Source: Octopus sinensis
Lineage: Eukaryota
Direction: 5' to 3'
Assembly (NCBI RefSeq): GCF_006345805.1
Contig: NC_043000.1
Coordinates: forward strand, 90,396,001 to 90,460,000
Length of the DNA stretch: 64,000 bases
The notes under the pieces are model-generated. The model had not been told where the DNA came from and searched no databases. It saw only the letters and a list, made by a program, of their open reading frames with translations. Every line of letters begins with the position of its first letter. Positions within the stretch are counted from its first letter, which is position 1. A program made the position numbers and the translations under genes. Shown one piece after another: positions 13,850 through 27,560 of this stretch.

Positions 13850-16780
13850 CTAGGTGTTTCTGTGGACCTATCGGTGTAACTGCACTTGGCGCTTTCTTTC
13901 TTTCTTTGTTTTTTATCTTTCTTTCACAAAGTATCCTGCTCTGGTATGCTTTCTTCTCTTGACGTTCAACATACTTGTTCTATTACTGCATGTTCTTCAT
14001 TCTTTTTGCAAGGTTTTGGTTCACTATCCTTTGTTCTTCATTCGCATTATCAGAAATATTAGTAGGTCCGCTTCCTCCAATCTTCCGTTTCATGTATAAA
14101 CTACTGACATTTGCCTTCGGATGAAGTACTTCATGTATTGTTAAAGTTTTTAAAAAATTTTTCTGTCTAATGTCTCAATTTGATCTTTCGTCCAGTTCAC
14201 TATTCCACCACTGTGACACACGATGGCAACCATCGATGCATGTGGTGATCAAATTTATCCGATCAGTTGAATTAAGTTTGAACTTCAACACAGGGATAAT
14301 CTTTTCAAATATATTGGTTTTACTTTTCCCTTAGTTTTCTGATGCATAATATCATTGAGTACCTGTATTCGTAGATATTTGTGTCCTCCGTCATCAAGTT
14401 CTAAAATCCATTCTTTCGATAGATTTATTTCACTGAAATGAAGTCGCTCATCTTTCTTCATGGCTAAAGTCACACATTTTGATATACAAAGCTACATTCC
14501 AAATATTACTTCATTCCGATATTACTTCAACACACCAATATTGTATCAATAAGGGAATGAATTTCTATTTGGAAATATCATTGAACCATTCACGAAGAAT
14601 TGGAATTGAGGATTCAGAGATGCATTTCTTTCTAGATTGTAACCCATGTTGACTTTTCTAAGTGTCGATGAGATGGGTAGTATCGGGATAACAACTTACA
14701 AGAAGAAAGAGTCACTCTGAGAGACACCTCTTTTGATATTTACATTTCTTGGTGATTTCATGTTCCTCATCAAGATTGCTTACGAGCGTATCATTCAGCA
14801 CCAAGCATGTTGATGAGGTTTTTCTAAGTGACTTTATAATCCATGAATGACATACCACGTCGTAAAGTTTTTGAAATTAATCCACGCCTTATATAGATAA
14901 AATCTGTCGTTGCTTGCACTTCTTCAATAACCTTTTGTCAACGACAACGTGGTTTTTGGTGCCTTTTGAGCGTTTCCTGCATCGCTTCTGATCAATAAGT
15001 AGTTATTTATGTACATTAAATGATTGTATGTTTTTCGCCCCCCCCCCAGCTGTAAGTAATTTCAATAACAGACTGGGACAGGTGACTGGTTTGTAACTTT
15101 TTCCTCCCTTGGATATTTCATTATCAAATTTGTTCTTCCGTTAAGCATCCACTCCGGTACATTTCCTTGTATAATACACTCATTCAGATGATTCCTGATT
15201 TGGCTTTGCAAGAAATTCAAGTATTTTCTGAAAAAGTTTTGAATATTATCTGGTCCTGGTGACTTTACAATTTGATAGTATCTTTACCTGTTGCAGAACA
15301 CTGTCCCTAACTATAGAGATCGGTTCTTGTCTCTCTGCCCTGCTTAGTTCCGCTATAACCGTTTCGATCTATTCGACATTGTCAGGCTCTCCAATTCCTG
15401 TGGAAGATTATAAAGGTTCCCTATATTTGATGCTAATATTTCTATTGTACCTCCTCGAATGTCAGGAAAAAAACTGTCTGATTAGAACCAAAAAGTTAGT
15501 TACACTCAAATTGACTTACTATCTCAGTGAAATACATCATTTTGATTGGTTTTGTATATACTTTTTGCTCGGTCTGCTCACTAGTAAATTTTTTCTTATG
15601 AATGTTATACTTCAGTTTATTATAGCTATTGTATGCTATGTTATTTATCAGGGAGGTTGTTTTGAGGTTTGGTGACAAGTATCCTTAAATTCCAAGAGTC
15701 TTTCTTAGGATTCTTGTAGAATACGGGATTCCACTTTTCTGCAGACCGGTCATGCAAATCTCAATTCCATTATCCTCCAGTCTCCAAGTTGGCATTTTGG
15801 ATGTTGTGTCAAGTGCACCAATTACCACAAGAATAACTGTCGTCTAGTCTTTCACTATCTTTTCATCCCAGTTTCTTTGGTACCTACCTTGTTATTGTAT
15901 GGTATTGCAAAGTCTATGATTACACTGTTTGTTTATTTTGTCCTCTCTTATATCTGTTCTTCTTGTTTCAATGGTATAGTCCGTCTATATGGGTAAGTTC
16001 TGTAAGATCTTGTAATTCCTTTTCTCCTTCGCAGCCTTTGGTTCGCGTTAATACAAACTCCCTGTTATTTCGAAGTCACACACGGCAAACTTCTCAATAC
16101 ATTCTTTTACATACACAGTCATGCCTGTATTTATACTCGTTTTGTGGTAGCTTATTGCATTCACTCAAGAGTTGGTTAATACTTTCGTTTCCTTTCCTGC
16201 AAATTCTACATTTGCTCTTTGACTGAGTTTTGTTGATCGTTTCCTTTATCAGATTCGTGATAATGGTTTGTTCCTGAGCGGCTATAAGTGATACTTCGGT
16301 TTCACATTTCAGGTTTCCATCTGTCAACTATAACCAACGTTCCTTACATCCAACATTCTCGGTTTCTTGCATGAATTGGTCTTGTAATTCCATTTCTTTC
16401 CATCTGCTAGCTCTGTTGGCCTTCCTTTTATTCTTGAACTCGTCTACTGTTCAGTAAAATTTTGGACACCTCTAGCCTCCTATAGTATTCTTTCTCCACT
16501 ACGTACAGCATGATTTTTAAACTCCAATATCACAGTATCAGTGGTGTCTTCTGCTTTAAGAAAGCATCTGTTTCCTTCCTTTCTTGGAAAGTAGAGTCTA
16601 TGGGCATTACTTTTAAGCTGGCATGCATTGTGCATTGTGAGCAGCTTCAAGCCAAGTTATATAGCTCGACTTTTGTCCATTTTAGAAAGGGAGCAAAAGT
16701 CTTAATCCTGGCATAGTTCATGAATTTATTGCTATAATAATATTTCCTCCATTTAATATTGTTTGAATGATTATTCATAT
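13850..16780 (-). pseudogene. Decayed R4/Dong-type LINE pieces on the minus strand (RT region ~13900-15480; zinc knuckle/REase ~15650-16500)
   Basis: ETEVSLIAAQEQ..SKCRICRKGNESINQLLSEC..YKYRHD; GHKYL..; the SPGPD and WMLNGRT regions of the RT are recognisable. Confidence 0.75.
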
Positions 16781-17479
16781 TTCAACACCTTTTTACACAT
16801 CTCTCAGGAAATACATAGGCAGGACCAGATAAAATGACTACTAATATTATTCCAGGATCATTTATATTAACTATATTCCCCTACCACTCAATAGCTATAG
16901 AATTAAGTCTTGTAATTTGTTACATAATGTTTCCTCTTTATTGGTGGCAAAAATGACAGAGGACTGGATTAAATGAATTAGTGTGTTTAGTTTCGATTCT
17001 CCATCATCACTTATAGAGTTCAACTTCAACGAGGCTCAACTTAATATTTTCCTTCTTGCGCGTCATTGATCAAATAAATATTAGATTTTATTTGTAACAG
17101 AATTCAGTCAACTACACTTCTCGTCTCTAAATCATTCTCTTGTACTAATGTAAAAATTAATATTTAATCAATTGAAAAGTCTTAAAATTTTTCATTAAAG
17201 TCTGAATGGTAATTATATCTAAACTAGAGTGTTATCCATCTTATAACGGATAAATTTGGAAGTATACATACTTTTGTCACCATGGGTAATATCATGAATT
17301 ATGGCTTACATAAAACAATAACTCAATCAATTATTTTGGTGTTATACAAAATAATAAAATGAATACCAATTTTTAAAAGAAAAATATTTATTACCTTAAA
17401 ATATAATTGAATAAAACAAAATTCTCATTTGTATATTTGCAATAAATATATGTTATTAAATTTTTTTAAGTTTTAAGAT

Positions 17480-17695
17480 AACGAGCTGGTGGAAGTGTTA
17501 GCACGCTGGGCAAAAATGCTTAGCGGCATTTCGTTCGTTTTCGCGTTCTGAGTTAAAATTCCGCTGAGGTCGACTTTGCCTTTCATCCGTTTGGGGTCGA
17601 TGAAATAAGTACCAATTGAGCAATGGGGTCGATGTAATCGACTTATTCCCTACTCCGAAATTGCTAGCCTTGTTCCAAAATTTGAAATCATTATT
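17480..17695 (+). mobile_element. SINE family B
   Basis: Head gagctggtggaagtgttagc, B box gagttaaaattcc, central domain, tail ccaaaatttgaaatcattatt. Confidence 0.8.
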
Positions 17696-18444
17696 TTTCT
17701 AAATTCTATCAACATAATCTCAGTCTGCTCTATCAAAAACCTACCACTGCAAAATTTCATTAAAGTCGTGGAGTTTTCAGAGAGTTATAAAACATTCATT
17801 CTCCCCCCCCCCCTTATGTACACTCTCTCTGTATCTACCAGTTAATCTCACTACCCTTCTCCCAATACGATGTAAAGTGTGACTGGAAGAAACAACCAAC
17901 TAACCAACCAACCAACCAACCAGCCAACCAACATTTATATCGGCTATTATTATTGAGAGTTAATAATGCTGTTAGGAATTTCTGAACTTCATTTTCACTT
18001 TCGTTGTTTCTCAGTAGATTTTATCACAGGTCGGAAAAAAAAGAGAACCTTACCTAACCATTATGGATGAATGGTTGCCCTAACAACGGCTTAATTTAAC
18101 AAATCAGCTGGTATCCCTCGTCCTTCCCTCGGCCATCTCGCCTCATGATTCATTGGTTTAGTCACTAAATTGTAATTATTGGAGCCGGAGGGCAGATATT
18201 AGCAGATTAAGAGGTATATAAGAAAATCTAACTTCCCTACTTAAATAAAAGCGAAAAGAGAAAAAAAAAAACGACCTTCTGAAACGAAATCGCACGCACA
18301 GTCACACACATATATACATACATATGTATTTAGACACATTTAAATATACATATATTGTTAAATACACATGTACATGCATGCATTCACAACAAATTGGCCG
18401 CTATCTAGCGCAACTCCTTTCACTTTCATTTTCACTCTTCGCTC

Positions 18445-18497
<53 letters not shown>

Positions 18498-18856
18498 TTT
18501 TTCTTTCTTTCTTTCTTTCTTTCTTTTTTTTCTTTCTTTCTCTCTCTCTGTCACTCTCTATCGCTCCCCCTCTCTCTTTCTCTCTCTTTCTCTCTCTCTC
18601 TCTACACACACACATATTATATATATATTTATACATATGCATATGTGTGTGCGTTTAGTGTATAAATACGCTTGTATGTATCGATATACACACATATACA
18701 TATGTATGTATACGTATATGTATACATACACATGTGTGTACACATACGTATGTATAAGTGTACAACTCAATTTATACAAGCGCATATATATGAATCAACA
18801 TGAATATATGAATACGTACACATACATGTATGTATGTATATATATATATTTTGTGT

Positions 18857-18903
<47 letters not shown>

Positions 18904-19851
18904 CATATGTGTATGTCAAGTACGTAAACATATGAATAACTATATACATATATGTAAACATGTGTATTTGCACGTATGTGTACATATTTGCGCTTATTTA
19001 AATGTATATGTATATGAGTGTATGTATGAGTGTATGTGAGATAAATGAAGGCATAAGAGAGAGAGCGAGAGAGAGAGAGAGAGCGAGAGAGAGAGAGGGA
19101 GCGAGAGAGAGAGAGCGAGAGAGAGAGGGAGAGAGGGAGAGAGAGAAGGAGAGAGAGAGGGAGAGAGAGAGGGAGAGAGAGCGAGCGAGAGAGAAAGAGC
19201 GAGAGAGAGAGAGAGGGACAGAGAAGAAAGAGAGAGAGACCTTATTATGGAAGAAACTAACACATTGTTGTGCGATAGAATTACTCTAACTCGGAGCCAG
19301 GTCCCCAAAGGCTGTTTATGGTCAGAAACCGTAATGAACCTCTTCGTACTTTTAATTCCAGGTTCAGAATGAGGTTTGACTTTTTCCTATCATTAATACA
19401 GTATTTTTGTATCATTCCAATGAAATGTCATTTTCCTTCTCTTATACTTTTTTTTCCATCTAGTAGCACACATTATTGTTTTACTATAGAAGTAGAGAAT
19501 GATGGTTCGAATCCGGTCCAGATCTAGTATTTTGTATTGTACTTCTGATTAAGATTCTTCTTACCCCATCATATGTATTTATCTAATTTGCATAGTATAG
19601 ACTAGGTGTTGACAACCGTTTTCGAGAAGCGGGCCGCATGAAACATGATTCATCATCAGGCCTGTTGCACTACAAAAAGCAAAAATAAAATAAAATGTGT
19701 TGTGCGTTCCATTCAGAAAGTCCTTCGAGATGCAGTTTAACCTTGACATTTAAATGATGCTCCAAGTCTGGTTAAAGTTATTTAACTTATGGATTGTTGT
19801 TTGTTCTTTCCATGGTATGTAGATGTACGTTTCGGTGTCTTTATATACTCT

Positions 19852-20282
19852 TTTCTACTCTAGGCACAAAGCCCGAAATCTTTGGGGAGGAGACCAGTCG
19901 ATTTGATCGACCCCAGTACGGAACTGGTACTTAATTTATCGTCTTCGAAAGAATGAAAGGCAAAGTCGACCTCGGCGGAATTTGAATTCAGAACGTAAAG
20001 ACAGAGACGAAATACTGCTATGCATTTCGCCCGGTGTGCTAACATTTCTTATTTCTTTACTGTTCACAAGGGGATACACACAGAGGGGACGAACAAGGAC
20101 AGACAAACGGATTAAGTCGATTATATCGACCCCAGTGCGTAACTGGTACCTATTTAATCGACCCTGAAAGGATGAAAGGCAAAGTCGACCTCGGCGGAAT
20201 TTGAACTCAGAACGTAACGGCAGACGAAATACCGCTGAGCATTTCACCTGGCGTGCTAACAATTCTGCCAGCTCGACGCCCT
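19852..20282 (-). mobile_element. Two fused SINE family B copies
   Basis: The second copy (tail ...CCCCTTGTG..AGTAAAGAAATA) is joined into the head of an older copy at ~20048. Confidence 0.8.
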
Positions 20283-20329
20283 GATGTCTTTAAATATTAT
20301 CGGTACAGATTATGGACAGTTATATTTAT

Positions 20330-20770
20330 GTTATTCCCCATACAGCTACCGTAGTCTTGGATTATATTGTTGCTGGAGACTGGAGGCCGTGAATATGAAC
20401 TTCAGATCATACTGGTTTGATGAGCCTACTCTGCCAAACTGGTTCAACGTGACTTGGCAGAGGGATGCAGTTTTTTTAATTTTCATACCCAGGAGTGGCA
20501 ACAAGTTTAACGGGCATTATATGGAAAATAAAAATTCCGAAATGGTCTTTCACAGGACATGTGTCTAGATAATAATTGAGAGAGTGGACATCACGTCCAG
20601 AAAAAAGAAAGAGGGGAAGACCAAGCAGAAGTTGGAATGAAGACTTTGTTAATTCTTCGGCACTCAAACATGGATGAGGAAAAGATCAGACCGTGGATGG
20701 CGGAGAGGAGATACTGAGGCTTTCGCTCAGCGATGGACTGAACATGGGCAAGGATGATGATGATGATGAC
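20330..20770 (+). pseudogene. RTE-like LINE 3' end with (GAT)n tail
   Basis: Degenerate GH..and RKRGRPSRSWNED motifs followed by a gatgatgatgat tail. Confidence 0.5.
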
Positions 20771-21373
20771 ATTTAAGCTCGTGAAGATTTCCAAAAGTGT
20801 CTATAAAATAGACGTATACAGAAAATAGAAAATGAAATATAGAATGATACAGAAATACTTTCGCTCATAACCTCGTTTCTGAGTGATTACATAATTAATA
20901 GGTATTTATGTATAACCCAGCATATACTAAAAATGATAAAACTAAAATGAATATAAAGTAATTGTCTTTGGCAGCTTTTTAATTCTCTATCCAAAGGGGT
21001 TTTTGACCCAATATTTATACGCCATTATTTATTGCCTTATAGTTTGCTTCGAAATCCACTGCTTGAAAAAAGAATGATTTCAAGTTCTCTCAAATATCAA
21101 ATTTAAAGCAGTACAACTTCAGCCTTTGTTGGGTAACTTTAAACAGATGTGAATACATTTGTTTATTCCCTTCACACACTGAAGAATAAAGGAAATTGCC
21201 CTGACTTTTACATCGCTAGTTGCTCGCTCATCACAGGACAAACAAACCCATTATAATTTTGCTAACGGAAAGAATTCCTAGCCAGCTGGTATTTTAGCAG
21301 TAACGGTAAGAGTTATTTGCATATTATGTGATCTTAGCAACATAATCTGCCTGTCTGTGTGTCTGCCTGTCTT

Positions 21374-21463
<90 letters not shown>

Positions 21464-21929
21464 GAAAGGTCTTGGTATCCAGAAGACCCAAAAGGCAAGT
21501 AAGGCTATGTAAATGCTACAGAAAGACTGCTGTTAGACTCCTGTTAGACCACTTAATTTATTCAACAGGATCTATGATCTAAAAGATTTCCAGCCGTGAC
21601 TATCTTGACCTTTACGCGGTCGCTAGACCAGCTAAAAACAAGAGCCAAATCTTAAAATTACACCTACAATCTTAAAATATCTGGAAGGTACCACATTCAT
21701 TAATGGTTTCTGATGTAGGTACAGCGCCATCAGTTTTCGAGGGGAGTGATTAAGTCGATATCGCCGATCTCAGTCCTTGAATGGTTGTTTATTTTGTTGA
21801 ACCCGAATGGGTCAAAGTCCAAGTTGAACTAGATGGGATTCAAACTCAACGTAAAGAACCAGAACAAATAACGCAAAGAGTTTCTCCGACGCTCAGTTCT
21901 GCCAGTTCTTCGCCAAGAAAACATTAGAG

Positions 21930-22718
21930 CAGTGTTTTCCAACCTATTTTCCTTCAGGCCCCACTATTACTTTCCAGAAAAATGAATGCCCCACCGGTGG
22001 TTTGAAACAAAAAAACTTTATTTTTGATATTTTACCATAATTATTTAAAAAAAAAAATCTACCAGTAACTCTTTTATTAAGTACTGAGTACAAAAAAAGT
22101 ACATTTTTGACTGAGAAAAAAAAACTGAATCATTTTAATGAGAACCTTGTGCCTGGTGACGACTTCAGATTTCTTTGATTCGAGGAGAAAATCTTTGTTA
22201 GCATCAGCCGTAGCATTAGAACAGCGTATACTGTAGCAAACAGTCTTCACACGGTATGCCTGGTTGGCGGGATTGGTTTGGTCAGGCCAGGGGTTCTCAA
22301 CCAATTCTTATACAAGGACCCCTCTGATTATTTTTGTATTCTGGTGAACTCCTATAACCATTTGATGTTTAAAAACTAATTTTATAGTGAAAGAAACGTA
22401 GCTGTTTCTTGCAATACTCAACAATACATATATCTAAACCAAAATCTTTTCAGAGGCCCTTAAAATACTGCTGTAGATCCCCATTTTACTATCTTGTTGC
22501 GTGGACCCCAAAAAGTTTTATATAGACCCTCAGGGGACATTTAGTTCCCGGCGAGAGTCACTGGGCTAGACTGAGTATAGTTGCAGTAAGTTTGCTGTGA
22601 AGAAAAGATTTTCGCAATTCCATGTCTCACTAAAAAAAAAAAAGAAAAAATTTGGATCCCACGCCCCATCCACAATTTTCCCACCGGTGGGGCTTTCGCC
22701 CCATTTTGAGATCTATTG
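21930..22718. mobile_element. hAT-type MITE with 8-bp TSD, containing a nested hAT-type MITE (~22288-22563)
   Basis: TSD cattagag at 21922-21929 and 22719-22726; ends resemble cagtg(g)ttctcaa; repeated subterminal ccccaccggtgg. The inner element starts caggggttctcaacc. Confidence 0.65.
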
Positions 22719-23783
22719 CATTAGAGAATGTCATGCTCAACCTTAGTCTTAGCTCTCCCCCTCTCCCCCTCTCTCTGCTCTACTAATTTGAATACTGAAG
22801 TCAATGTGGCTAACACTGTACTGTATCCTTTGCCCTCGTTTTCTTCAACACGAACTTGGGTCCAGCAACGCTGGATATCAGCCAAAAATTTCAAAGACTG
22901 GAAATCTTTTAGATCATAGATCCTGTTGAATAAAGTTTGAGTGACTTGGGGTGGATAGGAATTAAGCTACAGCAACTAATATACACAGTCATTAATATTT
23001 TTTTTTTTTCATCGCAAAGAAAGCTTTAACTCAGTCATGGACAACTAGCGCTCCGCAGGACTTTCTGAATAGCTGTGCCGGTCCGCCTAATGACAAGTTA
23101 TATCTCATGCGACCCGCTTCTCGAAAAAAAGGTTGCCCGTGTCCGCTACTCTTTCTCTCTCCCACTCTCCTCTTTCCTCTTCCTCTAGCAACCCCCCTCC
23201 AGCCCCTCTTTCCAACCCTCCCCTCCAGCCCCAGCCCCAGCCCCTCCCCTACATCAACTTCCCCTTCAGCTCTATCCCCGCCTTCTCCCCTTCCCCTCTT
23301 CCCCGCCTCCACTCCTCCTCCACATTCCCCTCTTCCTCTTTCTCCTTCCCTTCCTCCTCATTTCCTCCCTTTCTTCATCCCTTCTTCATCTCCCTTCTTC
23401 ATCCTTCCTACTTGTCTCCTCCCTCTCTGTCACTCTCTGTCACTTTCTCTCCGTGTGGTTAATCGTAGAGACTTCAAAATCTGGTTTGACGATATAAATA
23501 ACAGAATTTACAGAATTTACCAAACTTTGTCAACATCTGAGGAAATTTCAGAGCTTAGAAGAAATGGAAAATACACAAGCTCACACATACGCACACATAC
23601 ACATATACGCGTGCACACACACAAATCTTCAAGAAAAATCGCGTAGAGAACTTTAAAAAAATTCTACAACTAAAAAAAAAGGAAAAATCAAAACGTAAAA
23701 AGTGCAGAACAATACAAAACGAAATGAAAAAAAAAAAATAAAACGCACAAAATAAAAAAATGTAAGGAACATAAATCAAAAGC

Positions 23784-24100
23784 AATCACGTGATTTATCG
23801 TTCTCGTTCACATCCGGTCATAAGCAAACAGACAATACGAAAACCAAGAAAAAAATGTCGTTGTATAAATGTTGTCTTTCTACTTGATCCTGTCGTAGTT
23901 TTCACCGATGTTTAACATATTCTAACTAAATATTGCAGTGATTATCATATATTTATTTGTTTATATAACACCACTAAAACATCTCTTTGTTCTGTTCAAG
24001 GTTTTTTCCGTTCCATTTCCGTTACTTTCCGTCTGACCGGAAGTTTAAAGTAGTACATTTTTCTCCTGTATTTCTGTTTGTTAGTCACCGCCGCCATTTT
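23784..24100. promoter_or_regulatory. Candidate promoter: E-box, ETS and YY1 motif cluster
   Basis: aatcacgtgatt 23784-23795; accggaagt 24036-24044; gccgccatttt 24090-24100; lies in non-repetitive sequence. Confidence 0.4.
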
Positions 24101-24179
24101 TTTGTTTTGTATATATTATTGATATTTTCTCTATTCTCAAGTTCTACTTCGAGCAACCCCTAAAACGACATTACTTCAT

Positions 24180-24950
24180 CTTACACATACACACACTCAC
24201 ACTGACAGACAGAGAGATACGCACACGCACGCACACACACACACACATCCACACACGCCATAACACACCACTCGCACATGCAGGTACACATAACACCACG
24301 CACAAATATACCACACACGCCCACACTCTCTCTTTCACACACACACACGCAGATACACACAACACTACGCACAAATACACCACACACGCCCTCACTCACA
24401 GACACACATACACACACCACACATACACACACACAAACGCATGCACACACACAACGGATGTACACACGCACACAATGGACATGCAAATACATACGCACAC
24501 ACCACAGACACACATACGTATATACTTACACACCACAGACACACATACGTATATACTTACACACCACAGACACACATACAGATGCACACACCTACCTACC
24601 CCTTACATGTATTCCACACATACAAACACACACACACGCGACACACACACACCACAGCACACCACGCGCATCCCCACATACACGCACATACATACATGCA
24701 CACACCACTACGCACAAACACATCGTACACACACACTCACCACGATACACACAAATGTCCACGCGTGCGCACAACTACATATGAACACACCACAGACATA
24801 CAACACACGCATACGCATCCACGCCACAAACACACACACACACATACACACACAATACACACACACATACAAACCACGCGCACACACATACACGCACAAA
24901 CCACACATAAACCATACACACACACATATACCTGCGCGCATTCACATACG
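24180..24950. repeat. Degenerate (CA)-rich low-complexity tract
   Basis: Directly visible. Confidence 0.9.
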
Positions 24951-25645
24951 GATCTCCGTTGATTTTGAGAATCAGCATTCCAAATGTTCGATTTTTTCCC
25001 CCTTTTATTTGTTTCAGTCATTTGACTGTGGCCATGCTGGAGCACCGCCTTTAGTCGAACAAATTGACCCCAGGACTTATTCTTTGTAAGCCTAGTACTT
25101 ATTCTATCGGTCTCTCTTGCCGAATTAGAGTACAGCAGGGTTCGCCACCCCCCCCCTGTCGGAGCCTCGTGGAGCTTTCGGTGTTTTCGCTCAATAAACA
25201 CTCACAACGACCTATCTGTGAATCGAAATAGCGATCCTACAACCCCGAGTCCGCTGCCCTAACCACTGGGCCTAGTTATTCATCGAATTATAGTGTTCAG
25301 TGGACGAGTATTCCGTAGACCTGGGGTCGATTTGCTCGACTAAATTCTTCAGTATGGTCGTAGTCCGATGACTGAAACAAGCAAAAGGCGAATAGATTAA
25401 GATATATACTCTTAATCTAATTTACAGGTAGAATTCACGCGACGGGCTTCCACGCAGTTTCTTTTGACCAAATTTCTTTCACTAGGCATGAGTTGAGCTA
25501 TGGTTTTGGTCTGTGACACTTGTCCAAAATCGCACGTTGTGAGATCGAACTTGTGGACTCGTGATTGCGAAGTGAAGTTTTTAACTACAAAGCTAAGTGC
25601 GTCTAGTTAAGCGTACAAATACATTCACACTCACCCGCAGAGACT

Positions 25646-25677
<32 letters not shown>

Positions 25678-25875
25678 CACATATTGAGTTACGAACAGAC
25701 TAACACACATACATGTACTCATTCTCACTCAACCAGACACTGAGAAAGGTATGTGTGTGTATATATATACATATGTGTGTGTGTATATATATATATATAT
25801 ATACATATGTGTTGTGTATATATATATATCTATATATATATATTATATATATATATATGTAGCTATATATATATA

Positions 25876-26520
25876 TGTAGCTATAAGTCGTGATTGGGCA
25901 AAATCTGGATGACGTCCGTTCTGCTTGACTAACGAAGCGACTGGTCAAAACAGGAAACAAACAAGAGGCAGTTATAATGCAGCGATTGGTCAAAATGATG
26001 ATGACGTCCGTTCTGCTTGACTAAAGCCACCCTAGCGAAACGATGGGTCAAAACGGTTGATGACGTCACGCTACGCTGGATTGACACCTAACAGGCATTA
26101 TAAACCGAGCACTTCACAAAACTCACTAGAACCACCCAGCGAACACCCACCATGGGTCCTCACAATTGCTTAAGGTAAAAATGAATTCCTCGCTCTTTCG
26201 GAAACATCAATCTTCTGTTATTGACTGCTTCCACCACTTTGATCTGTTTTTTTGTATTGAATACGTATCGCCACCGTGGGCCACTGCATCGAACACTTTG
26301 AACATATAGCATGAATGAACTTACTTCAAACTATACATGAACTCTAAATGTCTGACTCCGTTGTGTATTATAAATGATTTCTTGTGTTTGACGGCATGAG
26401 CTGTCTTTTTATATATAACTGTTTTTGATAAGGTTCATTTCAGGAACTGAAACATGTTATAATGTATATATAAAATTAAAATTGTATAATATAGCAGCAT
26501 TTTCGAACTTCATTTTTTAC
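25876..26520 (+). mobile_element. PLE pseudo-LTR-like cassette: three CCAAT/CRE-like modules, TATA, ATG, splice donor, degenerate HHR
   Basis: gat(t/g)gg..caaaa..gatgacgtc three times (25892, 25984, 26042); TATAAA 26099; ccaccATGg 26152; AAG|GTAAAA 26175; UUGAUAA-gguuc..gaacu-GAAAC-AU-GUU at 26425-26458; flanked by TA tracts. Confidence 0.45.
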
Positions 26521-27165
26521 AAATATATTATATATATATATAGTATATATTTTAAGGGAGGTGGCATCTCTTTCCCGGCTAAGTTGGTTTCAGTTAGCGC
26601 TGTGTCGTCTACTTTCTTGTACTTAGCTGTGATGGCGTTATCAGCTAGTCTGTTGTAGGTATCCGGAGTCACCGCGTAAATATTTTTTTTTGTCTTGTCC
26701 AAGGGACATGGAGGTTCTGGAGCTTTTCATTTTCGAAAGTTTTCATTCAGTTCCGTTTGGAAAGGTAGGTTGACTCTCCTGAATTTGAGTTTTTTATCAT
26801 GAGGAGAGGTCTTCTTCAAACGGTTCAAGTAGGCTGTTGGTAGGAGGGGCCTTTTTGATTTAAGCCGTACTTATCATTATTGGTAGATGCTCCTCAGGAG
26901 GTCGAAGAAGAACGATCTCCATCGAATTCTTTTGATGAACTCATCAGTCCTTCTAATGAGGGCTTTTGGTACTGTTTCCTTGGTGGGATAGTAATGTTCT
27001 TCAGGGAAGTGGTCGAGGTCGATTCTTGTCAGCATTTTTCTTGGTGATGGTTATAAGGGCACTGGGGTGTGCTAGGATATGTAGGTCCCGGGTTGATTCG
27101 GGGTTAACCACAGTAAATAAGGTACTCAATACATAGCAGAGTAAATTAATTTATTATATAGAAGG

Positions 27166-27216
27166 AGCTTCTACAGGACTAGAACTGTTTCATTCAAGAG
27201 AAATCTTCAGGAAGCT
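27166..27216 (-). ncRNA. Type-I hammerhead ribozyme in PLE pLTR (left arm)
   Basis: agcuuc CUGAAGA uuucucuugaau GAAACAG uucuaguc CUGU A gaagcu; identical to 34154-34204. Confidence 0.75.
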
Positions 27217-27560
27217 AGTTAACAAGAATTGTATTTGCATTTATACATTTAGGCAGGTTTAAAGGGGTGGTGGTGGGGACTTTTGGTGGTAGGCATAGCG
27301 CAAAATATCAATACTTGGGGGATGGTCAAGGAGTCAGTGGTAATTAGATAAAGAATAAAAAAATATATAAAAGAATAGAGTTTTAGGTAAATAAGGAGAT
27401 TTTCACTTATACCTATACACATATGTATACATATATACACACACACACATATATACATACACACATACACACACACACATATACATATATATACACATAC
27501 ATATACATACATATACCTACACATACCTATATATATATATATATCTATATATATATATAT

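Noticed and set aside
19603-23145. Two facing hAT-like ends as a single 3.5-kb transposon
   Set aside because: No TSD was found and there is no transposase between them; they may be independent MITE fragments.
23107-23646. 179-aa Pro/Ser-rich ORF
   Set aside because: It arises from a CT-rich low-complexity tract and overlaps a MITE-like end.
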